A stretch of DNA of 64,000 nt from an uncultured Chloroflexia bacterium (lineage in GTDB: Bacteria; Chloroflexota; Limnocylindria; Limnocylindrales; CSP1-4). Below the pieces are notes generated by a model. It had not been told where the DNA came from, did no database searches, and worked only from the letters and a program-made list of their open reading frames with translations. The stretch is from positions 1,156,734-1,220,733 of the forward strand of contig CAVWLQ010000003.1 of the NCBI GenBank assembly GCA_963755995.1. Direction: 5' to 3'. Each line of letters opens with the position of its first letter. Position 1 is the stretch's first letter. Positions 10,473 through 19,932 of this stretch are shown here, one piece after another. A program made the translations under genes and the position numbers.

Positions 10473-12101
10473 GTGGCTATATCGTTTCGCCGGTCCCCGG
10501 TGGCCGCGAGCAACGGTGCGCTGCCGATCGAAGCCGCCCGACCGACCCAGAGGAAGAAGCTAGCCGTGACGACCGCCGCCACATCGTCCACGCCCCGGCC
10601 GATCGTGCACGCACCGGCCGGAAGGGTCAGCGGCACGTGGGAGGCGGGTGTCGCCGTCTTCCGGGGGATCCCCTTCGCCGAGCCGCCGGTCGGTCCGCTC
10701 CGGTTCGCGGCACCGCGCCCGGTCCGGGGTTGGGGCGGGGTGCGCGAGGCCGTGTCCTTCGGACCGCCTCCGCCGCAGGCCGCTGCGTTCGGGATGGACC
10801 GGTTGGCGGAGGGAGCCACGAACGACGACTGGCTGACGCTCAATGTCTGGACGCCCGAGCCGCGCCCGGGCGCCGGGCTGCCGGTGATGGTCTGGATCCA
10901 CGGCGGCGCGTACTCGATCGGCATGTCCAGCCTGCCCGAATACGACGGTGGCCGCCTCGCGCGGGACGGCGGCGTCGTCGTGGTGACGTTCAACTACCGC
11001 GTCGGCATCGAAGGCTTCGCGCTCATCGAGGGCGCGCCTGTCAACCGGGGCCTGCTCGACCAGATCGCCGCCCTCGAGTGGGTCCGTGACGGCATCGAGG
11101 CCTTCGGCGGCGACCCCGGCCGCGTCACTGTGTTCGGCGAGTCCGCGGGCGGCGGGTCGGTCGCCGCACTGCTGGCGATGCCACGCGCGGCCGGGCTCTT
11201 CCGGCGGGCCGTCGCGCAGAGCGCGCAGGGGACGTTCTTCTCGCCCGAGCTCGCCGCGGACATCGCCTCGGTCTGCGCCGGCGAGCTGGGGCTCCGGCCG
11301 ACGGCGGCAGACCTGTCCACGGTCGACCCGGCCCGGCTGTCCGCCGCCGGTGACGCGATCGGCGCCACGATCGCCCGGTGGACGCCCCGCTGGGGCCCGA
11401 TCGCCTATCGGTCGATCCCGTTCTCGCCGGTCGTCGAGCCGGACACCCTGCCCGTCACGCCATGGCAGGCATTGGCCGACGGCGCGGGCCGGGACATCGA
11501 CCTCCTCGCGGGCCACACGCGCGACGAGCAGCGGCTGTTCAGCGCGCTCGGCGGACTGCTCGGGCAGGTGACCGATGAGGAGGCCCGGACGGCCCTCGAC
11601 GTCCTCGCCCCCGGCCCGGACGGGGCGCGCCGCTACCGGGAGGGCTTCCGAGCCGCAGGACCCGAAGAGCTGCATGAGCTGGTCAACTCCGACTGGGCAT
11701 TCCGCATGCCGACCCTCCACCTCGCCGAGGCCCAGACCGCGGGCGGCGGCCGTGCCCACGTCTACGAGCTGACCTGGCACGCGCCGGGCATGGGCGGCGA
11801 CCTCGGGGCCTGCCACGGCCTCGACGTGCCGCTGGTCTTCGGCAACCTGGACCGCGGCCTGCCAGCGCTGCTGATCGGCGACGGCCCGAACCCCGAGGCG
11901 GAAGGACTCTCCGCGCGCATGCGCGCCGCGTGGACGGCCTTCGCGGCGGCCGGCGACCCCGGCTGGGCCGCGTACGAGTCCCGGCATCGGCTCGTGCAGG
12001 TGTTCGATGCCGCCCCGACCGTCGTCGCCTATCCGGAGGAGACGTCCCGCGCGATCTGGCGGGACCACACCTTCTCCGAGCTGCCGCTCCTGAGCGAGTA
12101 G
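10473..12101 (+). CDS. carboxylesterase type B (para-nitrobenzyl esterase-like)
   Basis: FRGIPFAEPPVGPLRF, PVMVWIHGGAY, nucleophile elbow FGESAGG. The start may be the internal GTG near 10566. Confidence 0.85.
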   Translation: MAISFRRSPVAASNGALPIEAARPTQRKKLAVTTAATSSTPRPIVHAPAGRVSGTWEAGVAVFRGIPFAEPPVGPLRFAAPRPVRGWGGVREAVSFGPPPPQAAAFGMDRLAEGATNDDWLTLNVWTPEPRPGAGLPVMVWIHGGAYSIGMSSLPEYDGGRLARDGGVVVVTFNYRVGIEGFALIEGAPVNRGLLDQIAALEWVRDGIEAFGGDPGRVTVFGESAGGGSVAALLAMPRAAGLFRRAVAQSAQGTFFSPELAADIASVCAGELGLRPTAADLSTVDPARLSAAGDAIGATIARWTPRWGPIAYRSIPFSPVVEPDTLPVTPWQALADGAGRDIDLLAGHTRDEQRLFSALGGLLGQVTDEEARTALDVLAPGPDGARRYREGFRAAGPEELHELVNSDWAFRMPTLHLAEAQTAGGGRAHVYELTWHAPGMGGDLGACHGLDVPLVFGNLDRGLPALLIGDGPNPEAEGLSARMRAAWTAFAAAGDPGWAAYESRHRLVQVFDAAPTVVAYPEETSRAIWRDHTFSELPLLSE

Positions 12102-12130
12102 CGTCGATCGGCGGCCGCCCGACACAGAAA

Positions 12131-12148
12131 CAGGGCCCGAAGGCCCTG
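12131..12148. terminator. hairpin shared by the esterase (+) and tRNA-Val (-) 3' ends
   Basis: CAGGGCC-cgaa-GGCCCTG, a perfect 7-bp stem with a GNRA-like loop, 30 nt after the esterase stop and 19 nt after the tRNA 3' end. Confidence 0.55.
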
Positions 12149-12166
12149 CACCGATCCGTCTGGATG

Positions 12167-12243
<77 letters not shown>

Positions 12244-12287
12244 GAGAGATCGCGGCGCCGCTCAGGGCGCCGGACGAAGCCCGCCGA

Positions 12288-12569
12288 TCATACCTTCAGG
12301 CCCGGCCACCGGGCAACGACGGCATCGGGCTCGATGCCATCGACGACCACCAGCTTCTGGCGGCTGGTCGCGCCGGCGACGATCCGCACGTCCCGTCGGG
12401 CGATCCCCAGCTCGTCCGCGAGGAGGCGGATCAGCGAGGCGTTGGCGGTGCCCTCGACGGCCGGCGCCATGACCCGCACCTTCAGCACGCCATCGACCAC
12501 TTCCTCGACGCGTTCGACCGCGGAACGCGGAGTGAGGCGGACGGCAAAACGCACGGTGGGGAAGCTCAA
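12288..12569 (-). CDS. DUF167 (YggU) family protein
   Basis: VRLTPRSAVERV...LKVRVMAPAVEGTANASLIRLLADELGIARRDVRIVAGATSRQKLVVV is the YggU pattern. Lies next to yggS, as in many genomes. Confidence 0.85.
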   Translation of the reverse strand: MSFPTVRFAVRLTPRSAVERVEEVVDGVLKVRVMAPAVEGTANASLIRLLADELGIARRDVRIVAGATSRQKLVVVDGIEPDAVVARWPGLKV

Positions 12570-12652
12570 GGTCTCAGAAGGCGGGCCAATTCGAGCGTGG
12601 CGTGGTCGGGAAGCGTGTGGGGGACACGCTCCGGAGTCTACCAGTCATCACT

Positions 12653-13405
12653 TCACTGGCCCCCGTGGGACAGGTCTCCAGCGTCATGGTCGTGCGGGTG
12701 GGGGCGTTCGCCGAAGAGAGCCCGACCGACGCGCACGATGGTCGCGCCTTCCTCGATGGCGATCTCGAAGTCGTCGGTCATGCCCATCGACAGGTCGGGG
12801 CCGAGCTCCGGCCAGCGCGCCCGGCAGCGCTCGGCGAGCTCGCGCAGGCCGCTGAAGGTCCGCCGGGTCTCCCCGGGGTCGGTCGTCAGGCGGCCCACCG
12901 TCATGAGGCCGCGGATCGCGAGATGCGGCAGCGCCACCAGCTCGGGCAGCGCCGCGTCGAGGTCGTCGGGCGCGAAGCCGGCCTTGGCCGGATCCTGGGC
13001 GACGTTGACCTGGACGAGGACGGGGTAGCGCGCCTCGGACCGGACCTCGGGCACGAGCCGGTCGAGCCGCCGGCCGAGGTCGACCGAGTCGACCGTGGCG
13101 ATCGAGTCGAAGACCTCCAGCGCCCGACGCGCCTTGTTCGACTGGAGCGGGCCGACCAGCTGCCAGCGCGCACCCGGGACCTCGGGCACCTTGGCGAGGG
13201 CCTCCTGGACCCGGTTCTCGCCGAGGAGGTCGAGCCCGGCCGCGACCGCGTCGCGCAGCGCCTCCGCGTCGATCGTCTTGGAGACGGCGACCAGCGTCAC
13301 CGATCCCGGGTCGCGCCCCGCGCGACGACTCGCCGCGGCCATCCGCTCGAGGACCCGCGCGCGGGCAGCGCGATAGGCCTCGATCCGGGTCTCAGGTTCG
13401 TGCAT
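12653..13405 (-). CDS. yggS: YggS/YlmE family pyridoxal-phosphate homeostasis protein
   Basis: LVAVSKT (PLP lysine), GENRVQE, W.LVGPLQSNKA, LSMGMTDDFEIAIEEGATIVRVG. Immediately downstream of ftsZ. Confidence 0.9.
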   Translation of the reverse strand: MHEPETRIEAYRAARARVLERMAAASRRAGRDPGSVTLVAVSKTIDAEALRDAVAAGLDLLGENRVQEALAKVPEVPGARWQLVGPLQSNKARRALEVFDSIATVDSVDLGRRLDRLVPEVRSEARYPVLVQVNVAQDPAKAGFAPDDLDAALPELVALPHLAIRGLMTVGRLTTDPGETRRTFSGLRELAERCRARWPELGPDLSMGMTDDFEIAIEEGATIVRVGRALFGERPHPHDHDAGDLSHGGQ

Positions 13406-13435
13406 CGGTGGACCGCCGGCCTCGGCCGGCCGCGA

Positions 13436-14692
13436 TCACTTCCGGCGGAGGAAGCTCGGGATCTCCAGGTCGTCCGCGTCGTACGAGGTGGCCGGCCGCT
13501 TGGCGGGCGCCGACTCGCCGACCGATCGCTCGACCCGCGGCGCGACCACGACCGCCGCGGCGGCCTCGTCGTCGAACGGCGTCTCGATCGGGCTGGACGT
13601 CGGGTAGGCGCCGCCGTCGGCGACCTCGTCGCGCTGGCGCTGGAGCTCCTCGAGGAAGTCGCGCTCGCGTGAGGGTCGGCCGCTGGCTGCCGCGTCCATG
13701 ACCCCGGCCGACGCGTCGGCCCGAGCCGTCTGGCGCTTCTTGCCGCCGTCGAAGCCGGTGGCGATGACGGTGATCATGACCTCGTCGCCGAGCCGCTCGT
13801 TGAAGCTCGTGCCGAAGATGATGTTGGCCTCGGGGTCCGCCGCGGCGCGGATCTCCTCGGCTGCCTCGGTCACCTCGTACAGGCTGAGCGTCGACGAGCC
13901 GGTGATGTTGAACAGGATGCCCTGGGCGCCGGCGATGTCGACCTCGAGGAGCGGGCTGGCGATCGCCTGCCGGGCCGCTTCGACGGCGCGGTTCTCGCCC
14001 GAGGCCCGGCCGATGCCCATGAGCGCGGAACCGGCGTCCTTCATGATCGCGCGAACATCGGCGAAATCGAGATTGATGAGTCCTGGCATGGTGATGATGT
14101 CGCTGATGCCCTGGACGCCCTGGCGCAGGACGTCGTCGACGACGCGGAATGCGTCGAGGATGCTGGTGTTCTTCTGGACCACGTCGCGCAGGCGGTCGTT
14201 GGGGACCGTGATGAGGGTGTCGACCTGGGACTTGAGCTCCTCGGCGGCCTTCTCGGCGACGAGCTTGCGCCGGGCGCCTTCGAAGCTGAACGGCTTGGTC
14301 ACGACGCCGATCGTGAGCGCCCCGCTGTCCTTGGCGATCTGGGCCACGACGGGCGCCGCGCCGGAGCCGGTCCCGCCGCCGAGTCCCGCGGTGATGAAGA
14401 CCATGTCCGAGTCGACCAGTGCCTGGCCGATCTTCTCCGAGTCCTCTTCCGCCGCGCGCTGGCCGATGCTGGCATCGCCGCCGGCTCCGAGACCGCGCGT
14501 GATCTTGTCGCCGATCCGGATCTTGTGAGGCGCGTCCGCCTGGAGCAGCGCCTGCGCGTCCGTGTTGCAGGCGATGAACTCCACGCCCATCATCTCGGCC
14601 CGGATCATCCGGTTGACGGCGTTGCTCCCCCCGCCGCCGACACCGATGACGCGGATCAGCGCGAAGTTCTCGGAATCGGAACGCAACGGCAT
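13436..14692 (-). CDS. ftsZ: cell division protein FtsZ
   Basis: GAGGAG RBS 6 nt before the ATG at 14692. [31 protein letters not shown]-terminal [15 protein letters not shown] 13436..14878 carries a spurious N-terminal extension. Confidence 0.97.
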   Translation of the reverse strand: MPLRSDSENFALIRVIGVGGGGSNAVNRMIRAEMMGVEFIACNTDAQALLQADAPHKIRIGDKITRGLGAGGDASIGQRAAEEDSEKIGQALVDSDMVFITAGLGGGTGSGAAPVVAQIAKDSGALTIGVVTKPFSFEGARRKLVAEKAAEELKSQVDTLITVPNDRLRDVVQKNTSILDAFRVVDDVLRQGVQGISDIITMPGLINLDFADVRAIMKDAGSALMGIGRASGENRAVEAARQAIASPLLEVDIAGAQGILFNITGSSTLSLYEVTEAAEEIRAAADPEANIIFGTSFNERLGDEVMITVIATGFDGGKKRQTARADASAGVMDAAASGRPSRERDFLEELQRQRDEVADGGAYPTSSPIETPFDDEAAAAVVVAPRVERSVGESAPAKRPATSYDADDLEIPSFLRRK

Positions 14693-14797
14693 CGGGCTCT
14701 CCTCAGCGACCCACGAGGGGGACCATGGCGACGTGACGGGACTCGGTGGACCCGGGTTGCCTTCCCGGTGCTGAGCGGGTCCGTTCGGCTGGGGGCG

Positions 14798-14803
14798 AGT
14801 ATA
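14798..14803 (-). promoter_or_regulatory. possible -10 element (TATACT) in the 207-nt ftsZ leader
   Basis: Minus strand reads gcggTATACTcg, 106 nt upstream of the ftsZ ATG. No good -35. Confidence 0.25.
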
Positions 14804-14899
14804 CCGCCGGCAGGCCGACGGCGGACGGCCGAACATCGCCGAAGGGCGGCGTTCGGTGCATGCGACCGGTGCCAACACGCACCACGGACGCCCGCTCGC

Positions 14900-15421
14900 T
14901 CAACCCGCGATGAAGCTCAAGCGGACCGTCCGCACGGCGTTGTCGGCGTTCGGGTCGAGGAGGCAGATCGACTGCCACGTGCCGAGCCCGAGCCGGCCTT
15001 CGACGACCGGCACGGTCAGCGACGGCGAGGCGAGAAGCGGCAGGACGTGATCGGCGCCGTGGGCCGGCGAGCCGTGACGATGGCGGTACAGCCGCTCCTC
15101 GCGCGGCAGCAGCCGATCGAGCGCGGCAAGCAGGTCGGCATCGGAGCCGGCCCCGACCTCGACGACCACGATGCCCGCGGTGGCGTGCGGGACGAAGACC
15201 GACAGGAGGCCGTCGCCGCCGGCCGATGCCGTCGCGGCGAACGAGGCGCAGTCGCCGGTCAGGTCCACCAGGCCACGGTCATGGCCCGTCCGGACCGTCA
15301 GCTCCCGGGTGTCTACGGGAAGATGCTCCGCAAGGCGTCGCGCAGGCGCCCGAGACCGCCACCCGCCGGCGCCGACTCGTAGCGGTTCGGCTCGCCCGAG
15401 CCGAGGCTGGCGGCGCCCCAC
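14900..15421 (-). CDS. YjbQ/UPF0047 family protein (secondary thiamine-phosphate synthase-like)
   Basis: ELTVRTGHDRGLVDLTGD...LLSVFVPHATAGIVVVE...GTWQSICLLD matches YjbQ. Similarity starts about 15315, right at the ftsA stop, where no ATG/GTG/TTG exists. The only in-frame start (GTG at 15421) overlaps ftsA by 108 nt. Confidence 0.7.
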   Translation of the reverse strand: MGRRQPRLGRAEPLRVGAGGWRSRAPARRLAEHLPVDTRELTVRTGHDRGLVDLTGDCASFAATASAGGDGLLSVFVPHATAGIVVVEVGAGSDADLLAALDRLLPREERLYRHRHGSPAHGADHVLPLLASPSLTVPVVEGRLGLGTWQSICLLDPNADNAVRTVRLSFIAG

Positions 15422-16545
15422 TGGAGGAGGCCGACGGCCGTGCTGTAGCTCGGGTTGAGGAGCGTGTCGACGAGCCCGCCGATGCCCGACGGGGCGGCGA
15501 TCCGGACCGGCATCGAGAGGACCTCGCGGCCGAGCTCGGCGACGCCGGCGAGCTGGGAGGCGCCGCCGGTGAGGATGATCCCGGCCGGCAGCATCCCCAC
15601 TCCCGCCGCCCGGATCTCGTTCGACAGCAGCTCGAAGGTCTCGCGCATGCGGGCCTCGATGATCTGCGACACCTCAAGGCGGCTGACGGTGCGGCCGGCG
15701 TCCTCGCCGAGGACCGACACGCTGATCTGCTCGTCCTCGCCGATCGTCCGCAGGTCGCACGTCCCGTGCTGGATCTTCAGCTCCTCGGCGACCTGGATGC
15801 TGGTCTTGAGACCGATCGCGACGTCGTTGGTGACGTTCGCACCACCGACCGGCAGGACCCGGGTGTGGAACGGCGAGCCGTCCTGGAACAGCGCCAGGTC
15901 GATGGTCCCGGCGCCGATGTCTGCGACGGCCACGCCGAGCTCCTTCTCCGTCTCGGACAGGACCGCCTCCGCCGAGGCGAGCGAGTCGACCACGAGCTCG
16001 TCGATCTTGACCCCGGCCGCCGCGACGCACTTGGTCAGGTTCTGGACCGCGGTCGCGGACGCCGTGACGATGTGGGTCTCGACCTCGAGCCGCAGGGCGC
16101 TCATGCCGAGCGGATCCTTGACCCCCTCCTGGCCGTCGACCGTGAAGCCGCGCCGCTCGACGTGGAGGACGTCCCGGTTGGATGGGATCGAGACGGCCCG
16201 GGCGACCTCGATCGCGCGGTTGACATCCTCGCGCGTGACCTCGCGGTGGTGGGCGGTCACCGCGACCTGGCCGCGCGAGTTGAGGCTCTCGACGTGCTGG
16301 CCGCCGACGCCGACGAAGGCGCGGTCGATCTTCCAGCCGGACAGGCGCTCGGCGCGCTCGACCGCGTCCGCGATCGAGCGGACGGTCTGGTCGATGTTGA
16401 TCACGACGCCCTTCTTGAGCCCGGAGGCGGGCACGGTGCCATGGCCCATGATCGTCAGCCGGCCGTCGCGGCTCACCTCACCGATGAGCGCGCAGACCTT
16501 GCTCGTGCCGACGTCGATGCCGACCAGGACCGCTTCTCGTTCCAC
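15313..16545 (-). CDS. ftsA: cell division protein FtsA
   Basis: VGIDVGTSKVCALIGE, DIGAGTIDLALF, GIILTGGASQLAG. Intact 410 aa. Confidence 0.95.
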   Translation of the reverse strand: MEREAVLVGIDVGTSKVCALIGEVSRDGRLTIMGHGTVPASGLKKGVVINIDQTVRSIADAVERAERLSGWKIDRAFVGVGGQHVESLNSRGQVAVTAHHREVTREDVNRAIEVARAVSIPSNRDVLHVERRGFTVDGQEGVKDPLGMSALRLEVETHIVTASATAVQNLTKCVAAAGVKIDELVVDSLASAEAVLSETEKELGVAVADIGAGTIDLALFQDGSPFHTRVLPVGGANVTNDVAIGLKTSIQVAEELKIQHGTCDLRTIGEDEQISVSVLGEDAGRTVSRLEVSQIIEARMRETFELLSNEIRAAGVGMLPAGIILTGGASQLAGVAELGREVLSMPVRIAAPSGIGGLVDTLLNPSYSTAVGLLQWGAASLGSGEPNRYESAPAGGGLGRLRDALRSIFP

Positions 16546-16576
16546 CGTTCCGTTCGTCTCCGTTCGTGATGTAGGC

Positions 16577-16900
16577 CTACAGGAAGTGCCGCCGGATGAG
16601 GGCCACGTTGTCGAAGATCCGCAGGCCGAAGGTGATGAGCGCCACCAGGTACAGGTCCAGCCCGAGTCGATCGCCGATGAACGTCAGGAGCACCGCCACG
16701 ATCGCGTTGACGAGGAAGCCGCTGATGAAGATCCGATTGTCGTAGACCCCGTCGAGCTCGGCACGGACCGCGCCGAGAACGGAATCGAGTGCGGCCAGGA
16801 TCGCGACGGCCGAATACCGACTGAGCTCGAACCCGACGTTGACGTTGAGGACGAGGCCCGCCAGGACACCCACGAGGAGTCCGAGCAGGGGTAACAGCAC
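16577..16900 (-). CDS. sbp: small basic protein Sbp (DUF1290)
   Basis: Aligns along its length with B. subtilis Sbp (LPLLGLLVG..., AVAILAALDSVLGAVRAELDGVYDN..F.SGF, DLYL...FG.R.F.N.A.IRR). Same position between ftsQ/divIB and ftsA. Confidence 0.85.
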   Translation of the reverse strand: MLLPLLGLLVGVLAGLVLNVNVGFELSRYSAVAILAALDSVLGAVRAELDGVYDNRIFISGFLVNAIVAVLLTFIGDRLGLDLYLVALITFGLRIFDNVALIRRHFL

Positions 16901-16964
16901 GGGGTGGTCGTCCTCGCTCCGGTGGTTTGGGCAAGGCTACCCGACGGGACCGCCAAAGGCCAAC

Positions 16965-17849
16965 TCACGGCGCCTTGCTCGCCTTGGGCTTGCCCGAGGG
17001 CTTGGACGAGGCGGACGGGCTGGGTCGCGCGACGTACGTCCCGTCCGTTCCGGACGCGAGGACCACCCGCTGGACGCTCCCCTCCCGACCCGCCAGGAGG
17101 CTGCGCAACAGCCGGACCTGCTCGGGGATCAGCTCGGTCGTCCGCAGGCTGGGCGTGTAGAAGCCGAAGATCGCGTCCCACGTGTCGGGCCGGGTGCCGA
17201 CCACGAAGCCGTTCTCGTCCGTGACAGCGACGCCCAGCGACACCGCGCCGCTGCCGACGTCGCCCGGCTTGAGCGACGCGAGCCGGGTGGCCGCGTCGAG
17301 GTCGACCGGGTCGAGCGTCGAGCCGAGCTTGAGCAGGCCGGCCGCCGCCCGGCGGTCGTCGACGACCGGCAGCGAAGCGGCACCCGCCGGTGCCGGATCG
17401 GCCACCTCCCCGAACAGCGATCCGGCGCTGTCCGCCAGGTAGCGGTGCCGGCCGACCTGCCAGACGAGGATCGGCGTCTTCTCGGTGAGGGTCACCGCGA
17501 GCGTGCCGGGCAGGTGGACCTCGACCCGGGCGCCCGCGACCGTCGGCATCGACTCCAGGGCGGCCACCATCGGCCCGGTCGACAGGCCGAACAGGTTCTC
17601 GCCGCGTCCCCCGCCGAGGGCGGCTTCGACGGCGGCCGGGTCCGTGAACTGCGCGCCGGTCAGCTCGAGCTTCGTGTAGTCGAATGCGGACGAGGCACCC
17701 ACGCCGTAGATCGCCGCGGCCGACACGAGCATGGCCAGGGCCGCTCCGGCACGCACCGTCGACAGGCCCGCCGACGCGCGTCGGACGGAGCGGCCGCGGC
17801 GGGCCGGGACCGGTGTGCGGCTGCGGCGGGCGACGGGTCGGCCGCTCAT
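16965..17849 (-). CDS. ftsQ: cell division protein FtsQ/DivIB
   Basis: Basic N-terminus, one TM (AGAALAMLVSAAAIYGV), POTRA-like VEVHLPGTLAVTLTEKTPILVW, Pro/Ser/Lys tail. Dcw position. Confidence 0.85.
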   Translation of the reverse strand: MSGRPVARRSRTPVPARRGRSVRRASAGLSTVRAGAALAMLVSAAAIYGVGASSAFDYTKLELTGAQFTDPAAVEAALGGGRGENLFGLSTGPMVAALESMPTVAGARVEVHLPGTLAVTLTEKTPILVWQVGRHRYLADSAGSLFGEVADPAPAGAASLPVVDDRRAAAGLLKLGSTLDPVDLDAATRLASLKPGDVGSGAVSLGVAVTDENGFVVGTRPDTWDAIFGFYTPSLRTTELIPEQVRLLRSLLAGREGSVQRVVLASGTDGTYVARPSPSASSKPSGKPKASKAP

Positions 17850-18970
17850 CGGGGCAGGTCCGCGGCGGTCAGGCGCCGGCCGGCCCGGGCGGCATGCCGT
17901 TCGAGCGCGAGGTCGACGATCCGGACACAGACGCCCCCGAACGTGTAGCCGCCCTCAGCGGGCATCGTCGGGAAGAGGCTGATCGGGGTGAACCCGGGGA
18001 TCGTGTTGATCTCGGACAGGATGATCGTCTCGCCCGACACCAGGAAGTCGACCCGGGCGAAGCCCTCGGCCCCGATCGCCCGGTAGGCGTCGCGGGCGAT
18101 CTTGTGGAGCGTTGCCCGCTGGCGGTCCGTGACCTCGGCGCGGGTCGACGTCTCGGACAACCCGGCGGTGTACTTCGCCTCGTAGTCGTAGAACTCGTGC
18201 CCGGACACGATCTCGCCAGGCCCGTACAGCTCGAGACCGGCCGGCCCGTTGCCGATGATCGCGACCTCGAGATCCCGGGCGTTCGGCAGGTACGTCTCCG
18301 CCAGGGCGAGCGTGTCGTGCCGGAACGCCGTCTCGAGCGCGGTGTCGAGCTCGGACGGTTCGTGGACGAGGGTCATCCCGACCGAGCTGCCGAGACGCGC
18401 CGGCTTGATCATGAGACGGGGGTCCGTCCCGGCGGCGGCGAAGGCGGTCAGCTCGGCCCGGACGGTGGCCGGGTCCGCCGTCCAGGTCGCGGCGCGGACC
18501 TCGCGCCAGTCCGCGACCGGCAGGCCGATGCCGCGACACATCCGCTTGAACAGAGTCTTGTCCATCCCGATCGCCGAGGCCGCCACGCCGGACCCCGTGT
18601 AGGCCAGACCGGCCGCTTCGAGGAGGGCCTGGACGGTGCCGTCCTCGCCGAACGGGCCGTGGAGGGCGATGGCCACGACCGGTCCCGGTCGCATCGCGGC
18701 CAGCCGGTCGAGCGCGGCACCCGGCGTGACCGGACCCTCGGCGCCGAGGGAGGCCGGGTCGTCGTAGGCCGCCGCCGGGCGTCCGTCGCGCCGGTGGCCG
18801 GCGGGCAGCCACCACCAGCCGCCGTCGAGATCGATCAGGACCCCCTCGGTGCGGTAGCCCTCGGCGGCGAGGGCCTCGGCGATGGCCGTCCCGGACACGA
18901 CCGAAACGTCGTGCTCGGCCGACGGGCCGCCGAGGAGGACCACGACGGGCGGCCGGGTCGTCTCGCTCAC
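17846..18970 (-). CDS. ddl: D-alanine--D-alanine ligase
   Basis: VVLLGGPSAEHDVS, HGPFGEDGTVQALLE, GMDK, ARVDFL..GETIILSEINTIPGFT. Intact. A 4-nt overlap at both ends. Confidence 0.95.
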   Translation of the reverse strand: MSETTRPPVVVLLGGPSAEHDVSVVSGTAIAEALAAEGYRTEGVLIDLDGGWWWLPAGHRRDGRPAAAYDDPASLGAEGPVTPGAALDRLAAMRPGPVVAIALHGPFGEDGTVQALLEAAGLAYTGSGVAASAIGMDKTLFKRMCRGIGLPVADWREVRAATWTADPATVRAELTAFAAAGTDPRLMIKPARLGSSVGMTLVHEPSELDTALETAFRHDTLALAETYLPNARDLEVAIIGNGPAGLELYGPGEIVSGHEFYDYEAKYTAGLSETSTRAEVTDRQRATLHKIARDAYRAIGAEGFARVDFLVSGETIILSEINTIPGFTPISLFPTMPAEGGYTFGGVCVRIVDLALERHAARAGRRLTAADLPR

Positions 18971-19932
18971 GCGACCGCCTCCCAGGCGGACCAGTCTCCG
19001 GCGAACTCGATCTCGAAGGCGAGCTCGACCCCGTCGCGAGCCAGGATCGCGGACCGGACCCGTTCCGCCAGGCGTCGGACGTCGGCGGCGGTCCCCTTCT
19101 GGTCGTTGACGATGAAGTTGGCGTGCTTCTCGGACACGACAGCACCACCGATGCGGGTGCCCTTGAGGCCCGCCGCCTCGATCAGCCGACCGGCCGAGTC
19201 GCCCGGCGGGTTGCGGAACACGCTGCCCGCGGACGGCAGCCCGAGCGGCTGGTGGGCCTGGCGCCAGTGGCGGATGTCATCCAGCCGGGTCTTGATCAGC
19301 TCCGGGTCCGCGTTCGCGAGGTGGAACGTGGCGTCGATGACGACCTCGCCCGGTGCTCCGGGGACGGTCGGGGCACCGCTTTCCTTGAACCGGCTCTCGC
19401 GGTAGCCGAAGCCGAGGTCGGCGGCGAAGATGATCGTCTCGGTGCCGTCGGTGGCGAGGACCCGGGCCGATTCGAGGACGCCCGAGACGTCCGCGTCATG
19501 GGCGCCGGCGTTCGCCCAGACGGCACCGCCGACGGTGCCCGGGATGGCCAGGCCGAACTCGAGACCGGTCAGGCCGGCCCGCTGCGTCTCGGTCGCGGCG
19601 CGCGCCATCTGGACCCCGGCCTCCGCGGTGTAGCGCTCGCCGTCCGTCCGCGACCCCTCGGCCCGGACCTGGATGACAAGGCCCCGCACGCCGGCGTCCG
19701 CGATGACCAGGTCGCTCCCGCGCCCCAGGACGAGGTGCGGCAGCTCGCGCGTCCGGGCGAACCGGACCAGGGCGCGCAGCTCGTGGGCGTTGTGGGCCGT
19801 CGCGAACAGGTCGGCCGGGCCGCCCACCCGCATCGTCGTGAACCTGGCCAGCGGCTCGTCGCGCGACGTCTTGACCCCGATCCGGCGCTGGATGTCCGTG
19901 CCGGTCGCGATCGCATCGAAGCCCGCGATCAT
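18967..19932 (-). CDS. murB: UDP-N-acetylenolpyruvoylglucosamine reductase
   Basis: PLARFTTMRVGGPADLF, GRGSDLV, GLEFGLAIPGTVGGAV, SAGSVFRNP. ATGA overlap with the murG stop. This is the C-terminal part of ORF 18967..20727. Confidence 0.93.
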   Translation of the reverse strand: MIAGFDAIATGTDIQRRIGVKTSRDEPLARFTTMRVGGPADLFATAHNAHELRALVRFARTRELPHLVLGRGSDLVIADAGVRGLVIQVRAEGSRTDGERYTAEAGVQMARAATETQRAGLTGLEFGLAIPGTVGGAVWANAGAHDADVSGVLESARVLATDGTETIIFAADLGFGYRESRFKESGAPTVPGAPGEVVIDATFHLANADPELIKTRLDDIRHWRQAHQPLGLPSAGSVFRNPPGDSAGRLIEAAGLKGTRIGGAVVSEKHANFIVNDQKGTAADVRRLAERVRSAILARDGVELAFEIEFAGDWSAWEAVA

